Assembly (NCBI RefSeq): GCF_044647545.1
Contig: NZ_CP172818.1
DNA: 64,000 nucleotides
Direction: 5' to 3' (one strand)
Source of the DNA: Escherichia coli
GTDB taxonomy: Bacteria; Pseudomonadota; Gammaproteobacteria; Enterobacterales; Enterobacteriaceae
Shown here: one piece after another, positions 47,963 to 62,111 of the stretch
How positions within the stretch are numbered: the first letter of the stretch is position 1
How the letters are laid out: each line of letters opens with the position of its first letter
Made by a program: the position numbers and the translations under genes
Notes under the pieces: model-generated
Databases searched by the model: none
What the model saw: only the letters and a program-made list of their open reading frames with translations
What the model was told of the DNA's origin: nothing

Positions 47963-49180
47963 ATGTCCCCCATTGAAAAATCCAGCAAATTAGAGAATGT
48001 CTGTTACGACATCCGTGGTCCGGTGCTGAAAGAAGCAAAACGCCTGGAAGAAGAAGGTAACAAGGTACTGAAACTGAACATCGGCAACCCTGCCCCGTTC
48101 GGTTTTGACGCGCCAGATGAAATCCTCGTTGACGTGATTCGCAACCTGCCTACCGCTCAAGGGTATTGCGATTCCAAAGGGCTTTACTCCGCGCGTAAAG
48201 CCATCATGCAGCACTACCAGGCTCGTGGCATGCGTGATGTTACCGTGGAAGATATTTACATCGGCAATGGTGTATCGGAGCTTATCGTTCAGGCAATGCA
48301 GGCATTGCTGAACAGCGGGGACGAAATGTTGGTTCCTGCACCTGATTACCCACTATGGACCGCGGCGGTTTCGCTCTCCAGCGGTAAAGCGGTGCATTAT
48401 CTTTGCGATGAATCCTCTGACTGGTTCCCGGACCTTGATGATATTCGCGCTAAAATTACGCCTCGTACGCGTGGGATCGTTATTATCAACCCAAATAACC
48501 CAACCGGCGCGGTATATTCCAAAGAGCTTTTAATGGAGATAGTGGAGATTGCACGTCAGCATAATCTCATTATCTTCGCCGATGAAATTTATGACAAAAT
48601 TCTCTACGACGACGCTGAGCATCACTCAATTGCGCCGTTGGCACCTGACCTGCTGACCATTACCTTTAACGGCCTGTCGAAAACATACCGCGTTGCAGGC
48701 TTCCGTCAGGGGTGGATGGTGTTGAACGGGCCGAAAAAACACGCCAAAGGCTACATCGAAGGTCTGGAAATGCTGGCTTCAATGCGCCTGTGTGCTAACG
48801 TTCCTGCGCAACACGCCATTCAGACCGCGCTGGGCGGTTATCAGAGCATCAGTGAATTTATTACCCCTGGCGGTCGTCTTTATGAGCAGCGTAACCGCGC
48901 ATGGGAATTGATCAATGATATTCCGGGCGTTTCCTGCGTGAAACCGCGCGGTGCGCTGTACATGTTCCCGAAAATCGACGCCAGGCGCTTTAACATTCAC
49001 GACGATCAGAAAATGGTGCTGGATTTCCTGTTGCAGGAAAAAGTTCTGTTGGTGCAAGGGACGGCATTCAACTGGCCGTGGCCGGATCACTTCCGCATTG
49101 TCACGCTACCGCGTGTCGATGATATCGAGCTGTCTTTGAGTAAGTTCGCGCGTTTCCTTTCTGGTTATCATCAGCTGTAA
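47963..49180 (+). CDS. alaA: glutamate-pyruvate aminotransferase (class I PLP aminotransferase)
   Basis: ORF 47963..49180, 405 aa; SKTY PLP-lysine motif; AAGGTCAAG SD-like upstream. Confidence 0.9.
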   Translation: MSPIEKSSKLENVCYDIRGPVLKEAKRLEEEGNKVLKLNIGNPAPFGFDAPDEILVDVIRNLPTAQGYCDSKGLYSARKAIMQHYQARGMRDVTVEDIYIGNGVSELIVQAMQALLNSGDEMLVPAPDYPLWTAAVSLSSGKAVHYLCDESSDWFPDLDDIRAKITPRTRGIVIINPNNPTGAVYSKELLMEIVEIARQHNLIIFADEIYDKILYDDAEHHSIAPLAPDLLTITFNGLSKTYRVAGFRQGWMVLNGPKKHAKGYIEGLEMLASMRLCANVPAQHAIQTALGGYQSISEFITPGGRLYEQRNRAWELINDIPGVSCVKPRGALYMFPKIDARRFNIHDDQKMVLDFLLQEKVLLVQGTAFNWPWPDHFRIVTLPRVDDIELSLSKFARFLSGYHQL

Positions 49181-49189
49181 TCTTAATTT

Positions 49190-49216
49190 CACTGCCGGAG
49201 ATTGCATCCGGCAGTG
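49190..49216 (+). terminator. hairpin CACTGCCGG-agattgcat-CCGGCAGTG downstream of alaA; candidate terminator, weak U-tract
   Basis: 9-bp perfect inverted repeat 10 bp after the alaA stop. Confidence 0.35.
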
Positions 49217-49263
49217 TTATCCCGCCACAATGACCTGATGATGTCATCATACGTAAGGTCACT

Positions 49264-49863
49264 ATGAAACAGAGCCATTTTTTTGCCCATCTCTCCCGCC
49301 TGAAACTCATTAACCGCTGGCCGCTAATGCGCAACGTGCGGACGGAAAATGTGTCCGAACACAGTTTGCAGGTAGCGATGGTCGCCCATGCGCTGGCTGC
49401 TATCAAAAATCGGAAATTTGGCGGTAATGTCAACGCCGAACGTATCGCTTTACTGGCGATGTACCACGATGCCTCAGAAGTGCTCACCGGCGATCTCCCT
49501 ACTCCGGTGAAATACTTCAATGCGCAAATCGCTCAGGAGTACAAGGCGATTGAAAAAATCGCTCAGCAAAAACTGGTCGATATGGTTCCGGAAGAGCTGC
49601 GGGATATCTTTGCGCCGTTAATTGACGAGCATGCATATAGCGATGAAGAAAAATCGCTGGTGAAACAGGCAGATGCACTGTGTGCATATCTGAAATGTCT
49701 GGAAGAACTCGCGGCGGGAAATAATGAATTCTTGCTGGCAAAAACGCGACTGGAAGCGACGCTTGAAGCGCGCCGCAGCCAGGAGATGGACTACTTCATG
49801 GAAGTCTTTGTTCCCAGCTTCCATCTTTCGCTCGATGAGATTAGCCAGGATTCACCGCTGTAA
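49264..49863 (+). CDS. yfbR: 5'-deoxynucleotidase (HD domain)
   Basis: ORF 49264..49863, 199 aa; HD motif region. Confidence 0.9.
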   Translation: MKQSHFFAHLSRLKLINRWPLMRNVRTENVSEHSLQVAMVAHALAAIKNRKFGGNVNAERIALLAMYHDASEVLTGDLPTPVKYFNAQIAQEYKAIEKIAQQKLVDMVPEELRDIFAPLIDEHAYSDEEKSLVKQADALCAYLKCLEELAAGNNEFLLAKTRLEATLEARRSQEMDYFMEVFVPSFHLSLDEISQDSPL

Positions 49864-49874
49864 GCAGCTGGAGT

Positions 49875-49914
49875 CTGCGTCGCATCAGGCAATAAGCGCC
49901 GGATGCGACATCAG
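49875..49914. repeat. REP-like palindromic hairpin between convergent yfbR and yfbS
   Basis: 8-bp stem GTCGCATC / GATGCGAC with 15-nt loop; contains GCCGGATGCGAC, resembling the REP consensus. Confidence 0.45.
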
Positions 49915-49921
49915 CCTCTTG

Positions 49922-51754
49922 TCAAAACGGAAACAGCATCGGGATCATCACCACACAAACCGCCATCACGATAATGGTGAACGGTACCCCCAACTTCACA
50001 AAGTCACTGAAGCTGTAATTTCCCGGACCTAAAACCAGTGTGTTAACAGGTGAAGAAACCGGCGTCATAAAGGCGGCGGATGCTGCCATCGCCACGACCA
50101 TCGCGAATGGGTAAGGCGACACACCCATCGTTTTGGCAGCAGCCAGCGCAATCGGAGCCATCAACACCGCCGTCGCGGTATTAGAGATAAACAGCCCAAT
50201 AACCGCCGACAGGACAAACAAACAACCCAGCATCATATGTGGCCCGTAACCGCCGCCAATGTCCATCAGCCCTTTCACCGCCAGCGCGACACCTCCCGTT
50301 TTCTGTAATGCCACAGCAAACGGCATCATCCCAACGATCAAAATAATGCTCGGCCAGTGAATGGATTTATAGGCGCTTTCAGCATCGATACAGCGGAATT
50401 TCCCCATCAGCAGGCAGGCGATGATAGCGGCAACAGGATTAGGGATTTCATCGGTAAGCATTAACGCCACCATCAACACCAGGCAAAAAATGGCATGAGG
50501 TGCCTGACTGTGTGCTGGCGATGCTTCACTCACTTCTTCTGGTAAGTTCAGCGCCACAAAGTCACGCCCCTGTTTTGCCAGCATACCGATCAGTTTCCAG
50601 TTACCCACAACCAGGATGATATCGCCCAGCAGCAGAGGCTCATCCGCCAGCGAACCTTCCATCGCCTCGCCATTGCGCTTTAGCCCCACCACATTCAGTC
50701 CGTAGCGGGTACGAAAACCAATTTCGCGCACCGATTTACCAATAAGTTCAGACTCAGGAATTAATGAAATCTCTGCCATGCCCACATCAAGGGCCTGGTC
50801 AGAAAAATACTCGCCGCGCAGTACCATCGGCTCCAGCAATTGCTCACTACAAAATTGCCGGAGATCGACATCAGCCGCAGACATATCAATAAGCAAAACG
50901 TCACGCGCGCGAAATTCAGAAACCCCATTAACGTTCACGATAACGCGACGAAAACGCCGCCAGCGTTCAACACCGATGACGTTAGCGCCATAACGCTCAC
51001 GTAATTTGAGATCGTCCAGCCGTTGACCAATCATTGGCGAACCGGGGCGAATAGCCAGACGACGCGCACGCCCGGTCAGTCGATATTCACGGATAAGATC
51101 GCGAAAGGTTCGACGCGTCCAGCCTTCGCGCTGCGGGGTCTGGGTATCCCCTTTCAGCATGAAACGCATCACTAACATATACAAAATACCCAGCACCAGC
51201 ACGACCAGGCCAATAGGTGTTACGCTAAAGAAACTAAAACCATGATAGCCTTCACGCAGCAATTCACTGTTGACTACCAGGTTCGGCGGCGTCGCCACCA
51301 GCGTCATCATGCCGCTTATCAGCCCGGCAAAACTTAACGGCATCATCAGGCGCGACGGCGACGTTTGCATACGCATGGCAACGCTTAACACCACGGGAAT
51401 AAAGATAGCGACAACGCCGGTTGAACTCATAAACGCGCCAAGCCCCGCGACGGTCAGCATCAACAAAACCAACATTTTGATTTCACTGTTGCCCGCCACT
51501 TTGACCAGCCATGTCCCCATTACAGTGGCAACACCGGTACGGACCAAACCATCGCCAATAATGAACAAGGCGGCAATCAGGACAACGTTAGGATCGGAAA
51601 AGCCGGAAAATACTTCGGGGACCGTCAGCGTTCCGCTTAATGCAAACGCGACAATAACAAACAAAGCGACCGCATCCATACGCACTCTGCCCGTCGCAAA
51701 CAAGACGATGGCAACGGCCAGTAATGAAAGAACCCAAATCAATTCACCGTTCAC
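49922..51754 (-). CDS. yfbS: putative anion transporter with two TrkA-C domains
   Basis: ORF 49922..51754 minus, 610 aa polytopic membrane protein. Confidence 0.85.
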   Translation of the reverse strand: MNGELIWVLSLLAVAIVLFATGRVRMDAVALFVIVAFALSGTLTVPEVFSGFSDPNVVLIAALFIIGDGLVRTGVATVMGTWLVKVAGNSEIKMLVLLMLTVAGLGAFMSSTGVVAIFIPVVLSVAMRMQTSPSRLMMPLSFAGLISGMMTLVATPPNLVVNSELLREGYHGFSFFSVTPIGLVVLVLGILYMLVMRFMLKGDTQTPQREGWTRRTFRDLIREYRLTGRARRLAIRPGSPMIGQRLDDLKLRERYGANVIGVERWRRFRRVIVNVNGVSEFRARDVLLIDMSAADVDLRQFCSEQLLEPMVLRGEYFSDQALDVGMAEISLIPESELIGKSVREIGFRTRYGLNVVGLKRNGEAMEGSLADEPLLLGDIILVVGNWKLIGMLAKQGRDFVALNLPEEVSEASPAHSQAPHAIFCLVLMVALMLTDEIPNPVAAIIACLLMGKFRCIDAESAYKSIHWPSIILIVGMMPFAVALQKTGGVALAVKGLMDIGGGYGPHMMLGCLFVLSAVIGLFISNTATAVLMAPIALAAAKTMGVSPYPFAMVVAMAASAAFMTPVSSPVNTLVLGPGNYSFSDFVKLGVPFTIIVMAVCVVMIPMLFPF

Positions 51755-51796
51755 AACTTATCCTTGTTAATTGAGGGGGATGACTTGATTCTGCCA

Positions 51797-51821
51797 TAAA
51801 AAAGCCCCGACGAGACGGGGC
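51797..51821 (-). terminator. rho-independent terminator after yfbT (GCCCCG-tctcgt-CGGGGC followed by T6 on the minus strand)
   Basis: Inverted repeat and T-run read directly, 20 bp 3' of the yfbT stop. Confidence 0.55.
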
Positions 51822-51840
51822 TAAATCATGATCAGGTGTT

Positions 51841-52491
51841 TCACTGAATAATAACATCGCCATTTGGCTGTTTGGTCACAGTAATTTGCTCCAGACTGTG
51901 GAGGACCAAATCGACCTCATTCAGGCGCGGGGTATCTGCCGGAGCGTTAACCGCAATGACATGGCAACCCGCCGCCAGGCCAGAAAGCACGCCAGCGGGA
52001 GCATCTTCCACCACTACACACTCCTGCGGCGCAAGCCCCAGCAGCTGCGCGCCTAGCAGATACGCATCAGGTTCTGGTTTTCCGCGCTTCACTCGCTCAG
52101 CGGTCACAAACACCTCTGGCGCGGGAAGCCCAGCTATTTTATGGCGCGCTCGCGCTACCGGCATGGAGCCAGAAGTCACAATGGCCCACGGAATACCTGC
52201 TTTATTCAAATGATTGAGTAAGGCGATTGCCCCCGGAAGCGCGGTAATACCCTCGGTTTCCGTGGCCTCGATTTGCTCCAGACGCGTAAACTCGGCGGCA
52301 ATATCAGCCTCGGATTTGCCCGCCATAAAATGGCGCAGAGAGGTGATCGCCTGTTTACCGTGAATGAAAGCCAGCACCTCTTCCGGCGCTAACCCATGAC
52401 GTCTGGCCCAGTTGCTCCACGCCCGCTCTACCGCAGGCAGGGAATCCACCAGCGTTCCATCAAGATCAAACAGAAAACCTTTGCACCGCAC
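51841..52491 (-). CDS. yfbT: HAD-superfamily sugar-phosphate phosphatase
   Basis: ORF 51841..52491 minus, 216 aa; DxD motif FDLDGTL. Confidence 0.85.
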   Translation of the reverse strand: MRCKGFLFDLDGTLVDSLPAVERAWSNWARRHGLAPEEVLAFIHGKQAITSLRHFMAGKSEADIAAEFTRLEQIEATETEGITALPGAIALLNHLNKAGIPWAIVTSGSMPVARARHKIAGLPAPEVFVTAERVKRGKPEPDAYLLGAQLLGLAPQECVVVEDAPAGVLSGLAAGCHVIAVNAPADTPRLNEVDLVLHSLEQITVTKQPNGDVIIQ

Positions 52492-52501
52492 GCGGGCCTC
52501 C

Positions 52502-53056
<555 letters not shown>

Positions 53057-53079
53057 TTATATGCGTAATCAGGGGTCAA

Positions 53080-53535
53080 TTACAAATCATCAAGGAAAGT
53101 TTTATCCAGTTGTTTGAAGGCGCGCTTAAGCGTGTCAGCTAATGCCTGGTAATCAGGCTTGCCTTCAACGGGTGCCAACACCTGTCCAGACTCCTGTAAT
53201 TTACCGCGAACTTCATAAAACCAGTTGAGGATAGCAGGGGGTAATGGCGTTACAGAACGCTTGCCCAGCCACCACAATCCCTGCATGGGTAAACTTAAAG
53301 CGAACAGCGCAGTGGCAACTGCCGGCCCAAGCTGACCGCCCAGGGCAATCTGCCAGCAGAGAGTAAATACGGCGATCGGCGGCATAAAACGGATCGCATA
53401 ACGCGTCATCTTGATAACGCGATTTTCGACAAAGACCGGGGCAAGGCGTTTTTCCAGCGGCCACGTCTTTGAGTAATGCTGTCCCCGGCGAAACAAGCTA
53501 AAAAAATTAACAGAACGATTATCCGGCGTTGACAT
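53080..53535 (-). CDS. yfbV: UPF0208 inner-membrane protein
   Basis: ORF 53080..53535 minus, 151 aa. Confidence 0.85.
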
Positions 53536-53872
53536 GCTTCACCTCAACTTCACATATAAAGATTCAAAAATTTGTGCAAATTCACAACTCAGCGGGACAA
53601 CGTTCAAAACATTTTGTCTTCCATACCCACTATCAGGTATCCTTTAGCAGCCTGAAGGCCTAAGTAGTACATATTCATTGAGTCGTCAAATTCATATACA
53701 TTATGCCATTGGCTGAAAATTACGCAAAATGGCATAGACTCAAGATATTTCTTCCATCATGCAAAAAAAATTTGCAGTGCATGATGTTAATCATAAATGT
53801 CGGTGTCATCATGCGCTACGCTCTATGGCTCCCTGACGTTTTTTTAGCCACGTATCAATTATAGGTACTTCC

Positions 53873-55075
53873 ATGTCGAGTAAGTTAGTACTGGTTCTGA
53901 ACTGCGGTAGTTCTTCACTGAAATTTGCAATCATCGATGCAGTAAATGGTGAAGAGTACCTTTCTGGTTTAGCCGAATGTTTCCACCTGCCCGAAGCACG
54001 TATCAAATGGAAAATGGACGGCAATAAACAGGAAGCGGCTTTAGGTGCAGGCGCCGCTCACAGCGAAGCGCTCAACTTTATCGTTAATACTATTCTGGCA
54101 CAAAAACCAGAACTGTCTGCGCAGTTGACTGCTATCGGTCACCGTATCGTACACGGCGGCGAAAAGTATACCAGCTCCGTAGTGATCGATGAGTCTGTTA
54201 TTCAGGGTATCAAAGATGCAGCTTCTTTTGCACCGCTGCACAACCCGGCTCACCTGATCGGTATCGAAGAAGCTCTGAAATCTTTCCCACAGCTGAAAGA
54301 CAAAAACGTTGCTGTATTTGACACCGCGTTCCACCAGACTATGCCGGAAGAGTCTTACCTCTACGCCCTGCCGTACAACCTGTACAAAGAGCACGGCATC
54401 CGTCGTTACGGCGCGCACGGCACCAGCCACTTCTATGTAACCCAGGAAGCGGCAAAAATGCTGAACAAACCGGTAGAAGAACTGAACATCATCACCTGCC
54501 ACCTGGGCAACGGTGGTTCCGTTTCTGCTATCCGCAACGGTAAATGCGTTGACACCTCTATGGGCCTGACCCCGCTGGAAGGTCTGGTCATGGGTACCCG
54601 TTCTGGTGATATCGATCCGGCGATCATCTTCCACCTGCACGACACCCTGGGCATGAGCGTTGACGCAATCAACAAACTGCTGACCAAAGAGTCTGGCCTG
54701 CTGGGTCTGACCGAAGTGACCAGCGACTGCCGCTATGTTGAAGACAACTACGCGACGAAAGAAGACGCGAAGCGCGCAATGGACGTTTACTGCCACCGCC
54801 TGGCGAAATACATCGGTGCCTACACTGCGCTGATGGATGGTCGTCTGGACGCTGTTGTATTCACCGGTGGTATCGGTGAAAATGCCGCGATGGTTCGTGA
54901 ACTGTCTCTGGGCAAACTGGGCGTGCTGGGCTTTGAAGTTGATCATGAACGCAACCTGGCTGCACGTTTCGGCAAATCTGGTTTCATCAACAAAGAAGGT
55001 ACCCGTCCTGCGGTGGTTATCCCAACCAACGAAGAACTGGTTATCGCGCAAGACGCGAGCCGCCTGACTGCCTGA
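53873..55075 (+). CDS. ackA: acetate kinase
   Basis: ORF 53873..55075, 400 aa; [21 protein letters not shown]-terminus. Confidence 0.97.
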   Translation: MSSKLVLVLNCGSSSLKFAIIDAVNGEEYLSGLAECFHLPEARIKWKMDGNKQEAALGAGAAHSEALNFIVNTILAQKPELSAQLTAIGHRIVHGGEKYTSSVVIDESVIQGIKDAASFAPLHNPAHLIGIEEALKSFPQLKDKNVAVFDTAFHQTMPEESYLYALPYNLYKEHGIRRYGAHGTSHFYVTQEAAKMLNKPVEELNIITCHLGNGGSVSAIRNGKCVDTSMGLTPLEGLVMGTRSGDIDPAIIFHLHDTLGMSVDAINKLLTKESGLLGLTEVTSDCRYVEDNYATKEDAKRAMDVYCHRLAKYIGAYTALMDGRLDAVVFTGGIGENAAMVRELSLGKLGVLGFEVDHERNLAARFGKSGFINKEGTRPAVVIPTNEELVIAQDASRLTA

Positions 55076-55149
55076 TTTCACACCGCCAGCTCAGCTGGCG
55101 GTGCTGTTTTGTAACCCGCCAAATCGGCGGTAACGAAAGAGGATAAACC

Positions 55150-57294
55150 GTGTCCCGTATTATTATGCTGATCCCTACCGGAACCAGCGTCGGTCTGACC
55201 AGCGTCAGCCTTGGCGTGATCCGTGCAATGGAACGCAAAGGCGTTCGTCTGAGCGTTTTCAAACCTATCGCTCAGCCGCGTACCGGTGGCGATGCGCCCG
55301 ATCAGACTACGACTATCGTGCGTGCGAACTCTTCCACCACGACGGCCGCTGAACCGCTGAAAATGAGCTACGTTGAAGGTCTGCTTTCCAGCAATCAGAA
55401 AGATGTGCTGATGGAAGAGATCGTCGCGAACTACCACGCTAACACCAAAGACGCTGAAGTCGTTCTGGTTGAAGGTCTGGTCCCGACACGTAAACACCAG
55501 TTTGCCCAGTCTCTGAACTACGAAATCGCTAAAACGCTGAATGCGGAAATCGTCTTCGTTATGTCTCAGGGCACTGATACTCCGGAACAGTTGAAAGAGC
55601 GTATCGAACTGACTCGCAACAGCTTCGGCGGTGCAAAAAACACCAATATTACCGGCGTTATCGTTAACAAACTGAACGCTCCGGTTGATGAGCAGGGTCG
55701 TACCCGTCCGGATCTGTCCGAGATTTTTGACGACTCCACCAAAGCAAAAGTGAACAACGTTGATCCGGCGAAGCTGCAAGAATCCAGCCCGCTGCCGGTT
55801 CTCGGCGCTGTGCCGTGGAGCTTTGACCTGATCGCGACTCGTGCGATCGATATGGCTCGCCACCTGAATGCGACCATCATCAACGAAGGCGACATCAATA
55901 CTCGCCGCGTTAAATCCGTCACTTTCTGCGCACGCAGCATTCCGCACATGCTGGAGCACTTCCGTGCCGGTTCTCTGCTGGTGACTTCCGCAGACCGCCC
56001 TGACGTGCTGGTTGCCGCTTGCCTGGCTGCCATGAACGGCGTAGAAATCGGTGCCCTGCTGCTGACTGGCGGCTACGAAATGGACGCGCGCATTTCTAAA
56101 CTGTGCGAACGTGCTTTCGCTACTGGCCTGCCGGTATTTATGGTGAACACCAACACCTGGCAGACCTCTCTGAGCCTGCAGAGCTTCAACCTGGAAGTTC
56201 CGGTTGACGATCATGAGCGTATCGAGAAAGTTCAGGAATACGTGGCTAACTACATCAACGCTGACTGGATCGATTCTCTGACTGCCACTTCTGAGCGCAG
56301 CCGTCGTCTGTCTCCGCCAGCGTTCCGTTATCAGCTGACTGAACTTGCGCGCAAAGCGGGCAAACGTATCGTTCTGCCGGAAGGTGACGAACCGCGTACC
56401 GTTAAAGCAGCCGCTATCTGTGCTGAACGTGGTATCGCAACTTGCGTACTGCTGGGTAATCCGGCAGAGATCAACCGTGTTGCAGCCTCTCAGGGTGTAG
56501 AACTGGGTGCAGGCATTGAAATCGTTGATCCAGAAGTGGTTCGCGAAAACTATGTTGGTCGTCTGGTCGAACTGCGTAAGAACAAAGGCATGACCGAAAC
56601 CGTTGCCCGCGAACAGCTGGAAGACAACGTGGTTCTCGGTACGCTGATGCTGGAACAAGATGAAGTTGATGGTCTGGTTTCCGGTGCTGTTCACACCACC
56701 GCAAACACCATCCGTCCGCCGCTGCAGCTGATCAAAACTGCACCGGGCAGTTCCCTGGTATCTTCCGTGTTCTTCATGCTGTTGCCGGAACAGGTTTACG
56801 TTTACGGTGACTGTGCGATCAACCCGGATCCGACTGCAGAACAGCTGGCAGAAATCGCGATTCAGTCCGCTGATTCCGCTGCGGCCTTCGGTATCGAACC
56901 GCGCGTTGCTATGCTCTCCTACTCCACCGGTACTTCTGGTGCTGGTAGCGACGTAGAAAAAGTTCGCGAAGCAACTCGTCTGGCGCAGGAAAAACGTCCT
57001 GACCTGATGATCGACGGTCCGCTGCAGTACGACGCTGCGGTAATGGCTGACGTTGCGAAATCCAAAGCGCCGAACTCTCCGGTTGCAGGTCGCGCTACCG
57101 TGTTCATCTTCCCGGATCTGAACACCGGTAACACCACCTACAAAGCGGTACAGCGTTCTGCCGATCTGATCTCCATCGGGCCGATGCTGCAGGGTATGCG
57201 CAAGCCGGTTAACGACCTGTCCCGTGGCGCACTGGTTGATGATATCGTCTACACCATCGCGCTGACTGCGATTCAGTCTGCACAGCAGCAGTAA
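55150..57294 (+). CDS. pta: phosphate acetyltransferase
   Basis: ORF 55150..57294, 714 aa (GTG start). Confidence 0.97.
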   Translation: MSRIIMLIPTGTSVGLTSVSLGVIRAMERKGVRLSVFKPIAQPRTGGDAPDQTTTIVRANSSTTTAAEPLKMSYVEGLLSSNQKDVLMEEIVANYHANTKDAEVVLVEGLVPTRKHQFAQSLNYEIAKTLNAEIVFVMSQGTDTPEQLKERIELTRNSFGGAKNTNITGVIVNKLNAPVDEQGRTRPDLSEIFDDSTKAKVNNVDPAKLQESSPLPVLGAVPWSFDLIATRAIDMARHLNATIINEGDINTRRVKSVTFCARSIPHMLEHFRAGSLLVTSADRPDVLVAACLAAMNGVEIGALLLTGGYEMDARISKLCERAFATGLPVFMVNTNTWQTSLSLQSFNLEVPVDDHERIEKVQEYVANYINADWIDSLTATSERSRRLSPPAFRYQLTELARKAGKRIVLPEGDEPRTVKAAAICAERGIATCVLLGNPAEINRVAASQGVELGAGIEIVDPEVVRENYVGRLVELRKNKGMTETVAREQLEDNVVLGTLMLEQDEVDGLVSGAVHTTANTIRPPLQLIKTAPGSSLVSSVFFMLLPEQVYVYGDCAINPDPTAEQLAEIAIQSADSAAAFGIEPRVAMLSYSTGTSGAGSDVEKVREATRLAQEKRPDLMIDGPLQYDAAVMADVAKSKAPNSPVAGRATVFIFPDLNTGNTTYKAVQRSADLISIGPMLQGMRKPVNDLSRGALVDDIVYTIALTAIQSAQQQ

Positions 57295-57332
57295 TCTCGT
57301 CATCATCCGCAGCTTTGCGCTGCGGATATCGG

Positions 57333-57366
57333 AACCGGAAATAGTCACTATTTCCGGTTTTTTATT
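57333..57366 (+). terminator. rho-independent terminator of ackA-pta (AACCGGAAATAG-tcac-TATTTCCGGTT followed by T6)
   Basis: Inverted repeat and T-run read directly; preceded by a second short hairpin CCGCAGC-tttgc-GCTGCGG at about 57307..57325. Confidence 0.8.
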
Positions 57367-57483
57367 CTCTTAATTTGCATTAATCCTTTCTGATTATCTT
57401 GCTTAACTGCGCTGCATCAATGAATTGCGCCATCTCACTTTGCATACTTACCACTTTGTTTTGTGCAAGGGAATATTTGCGCT

Positions 57484-59004
57484 ATGTCCGCAATCACTGA
57501 ATCTAAACCAACAAGAAGATGGGCAATGCCCGATACGTTGGTGATTATCTTTTTTGTTGCCATTTTAACCAGCCTTGCCACCTGGGTAGTTCCGGTGGGC
57601 ATGTTTGACAGTCAGGAAGTGCAGTATCAGGTTGATGGTCAAACAAAAACACGCAAAGTCGTAGATCCACACTCATTCCGCATTCTGACTAACGAAGCAG
57701 GCGAACCTGAGTATCACCGCGTACAACTGTTCACGACGGGCGATGAACGCCCGGGTCTGATGAACTTCCCGTTTGAAGGGTTAACCTCAGGATCGAAATA
57801 CGGGACAGCCGTTGGCATCATCATGTTTATGCTGGTGATTGGCGGCGCGTTTGGCATTGTGATGCGTACAGGAACCATTGATAACGGTATCCTGGCGCTT
57901 ATTCGCCATACTCGCGGGAATGAAATTCTCTTTATTCCTGCGCTGTTTATTCTGTTTTCACTTGGCGGTGCGGTATTTGGTATGGGGGAAGAGGCCGTCG
58001 CCTTTGCCATTATCATCGCACCGCTAATGGTCCGGCTGGGCTATGACAGTATTACCACCGTCCTGGTGACTTATATTGCCACGCAAATCGGTTTTGCCAG
58101 TTCGTGGATGAACCCGTTTTGTGTGGTCGTTGCTCAGGGGATTGCCGGCGTTCCGGTGCTTTCTGGCTCCGGGTTGCGCATCGTGGTATGGGTTATCGCC
58201 ACTCTGATTGGCCTGATCTTTACCATGGTGTACGCCTCACGAGTGAAAAAGAATCCTCTTCTGTCATGCGTGCATGAGTCCGACCGCTTCTTTCGTGAAA
58301 AGCAGGCGGATGTTGAACAACGTCCGTTTACCTTTGGTGACTGGCTGGTATTGATTGTCCTGACCGCCGTAATGGTCTGGGTGATTTGGGGCGTGATCGT
58401 TAATGCCTGGTTTATTCCAGAAATTGCCAGCCAGTTCTTCACCATGGGTCTGGTGATTGGCATCATCGGCGTCGTTTTCCGCCTTAACGGCATGACGGTT
58501 AATACCATGGCTTCATCCTTTACCGAAGGGGCGCGAATGATGATCGCCCCTGCCCTGCTGGTGGGTTTCGCCAAAGGGATTTTGCTGCTGGTCGGTAATG
58601 GTGAAGCGGGTGATGCCAGCGTGTTAAATACCATCCTCAACAGCATTGCCAATGCCATTAGCGGTCTGGATAACGCGGTCGCGGCCTGGTTTATGTTGCT
58701 CTTCCAGGCAGTATTTAATTTCTTCGTGACGTCCGGTTCTGGTCAGGCGGCGTTAACCATGCCGTTACTGGCACCGCTTGGCGATCTGGTCGGTGTTAAC
58801 CGTCAGGTTACCGTGCTGGCGTTCCAGTTTGGTGATGGCTTCAGCCACATCATTTACCCGACCTCAGCTTCGTTAATGGCAACGCTCGGTGTTTGCCGGG
58901 TGGACTTCCGTAACTGGCTGAAGGTGGGCGCGACACTGCTTGGACTGCTGTTTATTATGTCCAGCGTCGTGGTGATCGGCGCTCAGTTGATGGGCTACCA
59001 CTAA
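57484..59004 (+). CDS. yfcC: putative inner-membrane transporter (C4-dicarboxylate anaerobic carrier-like)
   Basis: ORF 57463..59004 (GTG); ATG 57484 gives MSAITESKPTRRW..., 506 aa. Confidence 0.85.
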   Translation: MSAITESKPTRRWAMPDTLVIIFFVAILTSLATWVVPVGMFDSQEVQYQVDGQTKTRKVVDPHSFRILTNEAGEPEYHRVQLFTTGDERPGLMNFPFEGLTSGSKYGTAVGIIMFMLVIGGAFGIVMRTGTIDNGILALIRHTRGNEILFIPALFILFSLGGAVFGMGEEAVAFAIIIAPLMVRLGYDSITTVLVTYIATQIGFASSWMNPFCVVVAQGIAGVPVLSGSGLRIVVWVIATLIGLIFTMVYASRVKKNPLLSCVHESDRFFREKQADVEQRPFTFGDWLVLIVLTAVMVWVIWGVIVNAWFIPEIASQFFTMGLVIGIIGVVFRLNGMTVNTMASSFTEGARMMIAPALLVGFAKGILLLVGNGEAGDASVLNTILNSIANAISGLDNAVAAWFMLLFQAVFNFFVTSGSGQAALTMPLLAPLGDLVGVNRQVTVLAFQFGDGFSHIIYPTSASLMATLGVCRVDFRNWLKVGATLLGLLFIMSSVVVIGAQLMGYH

Positions 59005-59012
59005 AAATGTTA

Positions 59013-59039
59013 AGAGCCGCAATTGCGGCTCTTTTTTTC
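59013..59039. terminator. bidirectional terminator shared by convergent yfcC and yfcD (AGAGCCGC-aatt-GCGGCTCT followed by T7)
   Basis: Perfect 8-bp stem, 4-nt loop and T-run read directly. Confidence 0.8.
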
Positions 59040-59580
59040 ATTCTGCCGTTTCAGTCTCTACGGCTTCATTTTTGGCATTGCGCTTCATCCACAACGCCAG
59101 CGCTTTCAGCGAGTCTGGAGTGAACTCATCGCAGCGTGCGGTGATTTCTTCCGGCGTCAGCCAGCAAACTTCACTGACTTCATCTTCCTGTAGGGCGAAG
59201 GGACCGTGAGAGACGCAACTGAACAACGCGCCCCAGACACGGCAATTTTTATCTTCGAAATAGAACTGCCCGTGCTCGGCAAAGGGGACACCGGCAATGC
59301 CCAACTCTTCTTCCGCTTCGCGACGCGCGGATTCCAGCAGTTGCTCATCGGCCTGGACCACACCGCCTGCGGTCGCATCTAACATGCCGGGTAAAAAGTC
59401 TTTTGTCTCGGTACGACGCTGGACCAGAATTTTGCCCATGCCATCATGCACGACGATGTAAGTTGCACGATGACGCAGACACTGTGCCCGCATTTGTTCC
59501 CGGCTGGCTTGTGCAATGACTTCGTTCTCTTCATTGACAATATCCACCCATTCAGTACTTGCCAAACGACGCTGTTCCAT
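59038..59580 (-). CDS. yfcD: Nudix hydrolase
   Basis: ORF 59038..59580 minus, 180 aa; Nudix box (REAEEELGI). Confidence 0.85.
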
Positions 59581-59637
59581 TATCAGGAAACCTTCTTTTT
59601 CTGGCGCTCTTACGGCGCATTTTGAGTTGTGGGTAAA

Positions 59638-60192
59638 TTACGGATTAATCGCGACCTGCGCAATGATACTTTGATCATTGAGTGCGATTACACTAAGTAC
59701 GTCATTATCCAGCATGCCATAACTCGCCGGATTACCGCCTTTAGGAATACTCACCGAGCCGGGGTTGAAGTGGAAAATCTCCCCCCGCTGTTCTGCCACT
59801 GGCAGATGGGTATGACCGTACACCAGCACATCGTTCTGGTTTAAAGCAGGTAGGTTTTCCGGGCCAAAAAGATGACCATGCGTCAAAAACAGACGTTGTT
59901 TTTCCAGTAATACCTGTTGCCACGGCGCGGTTATCGGGAAATGCAGCAGCATTTGATCCACTTCGCTGTCGCAGTTGCCGCGCACAGCGATAACCTTATG
60001 TGCCACTTCATTAAGCCGTTCAGCGACTTTGGCTGGCGCGTAACCCTCCGGTAAAGCATTACGCGGGCCGTGATTCAACACGTCGCCAAGGATCACCAGC
60101 CACTGGGCACCGCTTTGGGCAAACAACTCCAGAACACGTTCCGTCGCCGGTAACGACCCATGAATGTCCGATGCAAACATCAGTTTCATCAC
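59638..60192 (-). CDS. yfcE: calcineurin-like metallophosphoesterase
   Basis: ORF 59638..60192 minus, 184 aa; DIHG / GDVLNHG / GHTH motifs. Confidence 0.9.
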   Translation of the reverse strand: MMKLMFASDIHGSLPATERVLELFAQSGAQWLVILGDVLNHGPRNALPEGYAPAKVAERLNEVAHKVIAVRGNCDSEVDQMLLHFPITAPWQQVLLEKQRLFLTHGHLFGPENLPALNQNDVLVYGHTHLPVAEQRGEIFHFNPGSVSIPKGGNPASYGMLDNDVLSVIALNDQSIIAQVAINP

Positions 60193-60195
60193 TCA

Positions 60196-61672
<1,477 letters not shown>

Positions 61673-61728
61673 CAGAAACAGGTTCTCGTGTATTATTTCA
61701 TCCTAAGTAAAACAACGGAGAACCTGCA

Positions 61729-62091
61729 ATGGCACAACCTGCCGCTATTATTCGTATAAAGAACCTTCGTTTACGTACGTTTATCGGAATTAAGGAAGAA
61801 GAAATTAACAACCGTCAGGATATTGTTATCAATGTGACGATCCACTACCCCGCCGATAAAGCGCGCACTAGCGAAGATATCAACGATGCGCTGAATTATC
61901 GCACCGTAACGAAAAACATTATTCAGCATGTAGAGAATAACCGTTTCTCTTTGCTGGAAAAATTAACTCAGGATGTGCTCGATATCGCACGTGAACATCA
62001 CTGGGTGACGTATGCTGAAGTAGAGATCGATAAACTGCACGCGCTGCGCTACGCCGATTCGGTATCCATGACCTTAAGCTGGCAGCGTTAA
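61729..62091 (+). CDS. folX: dihydroneopterin triphosphate 2'-epimerase
   Basis: ORF 61729..62091, 120 aa. Confidence 0.9.
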
Positions 62092-62111
62092 CCGCCATAT
62101 CGGGAGGCTGC

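Noticed and set aside
55078-57348. 756-aa ORF on the minus strand covering all of pta
   Set aside because: Antisense to a highly expressed, codon-biased gene; the translation is low-complexity (R/T/V/G-rich) with no recognisable domain and no RBS. It is a stop-free antisense frame artefact.
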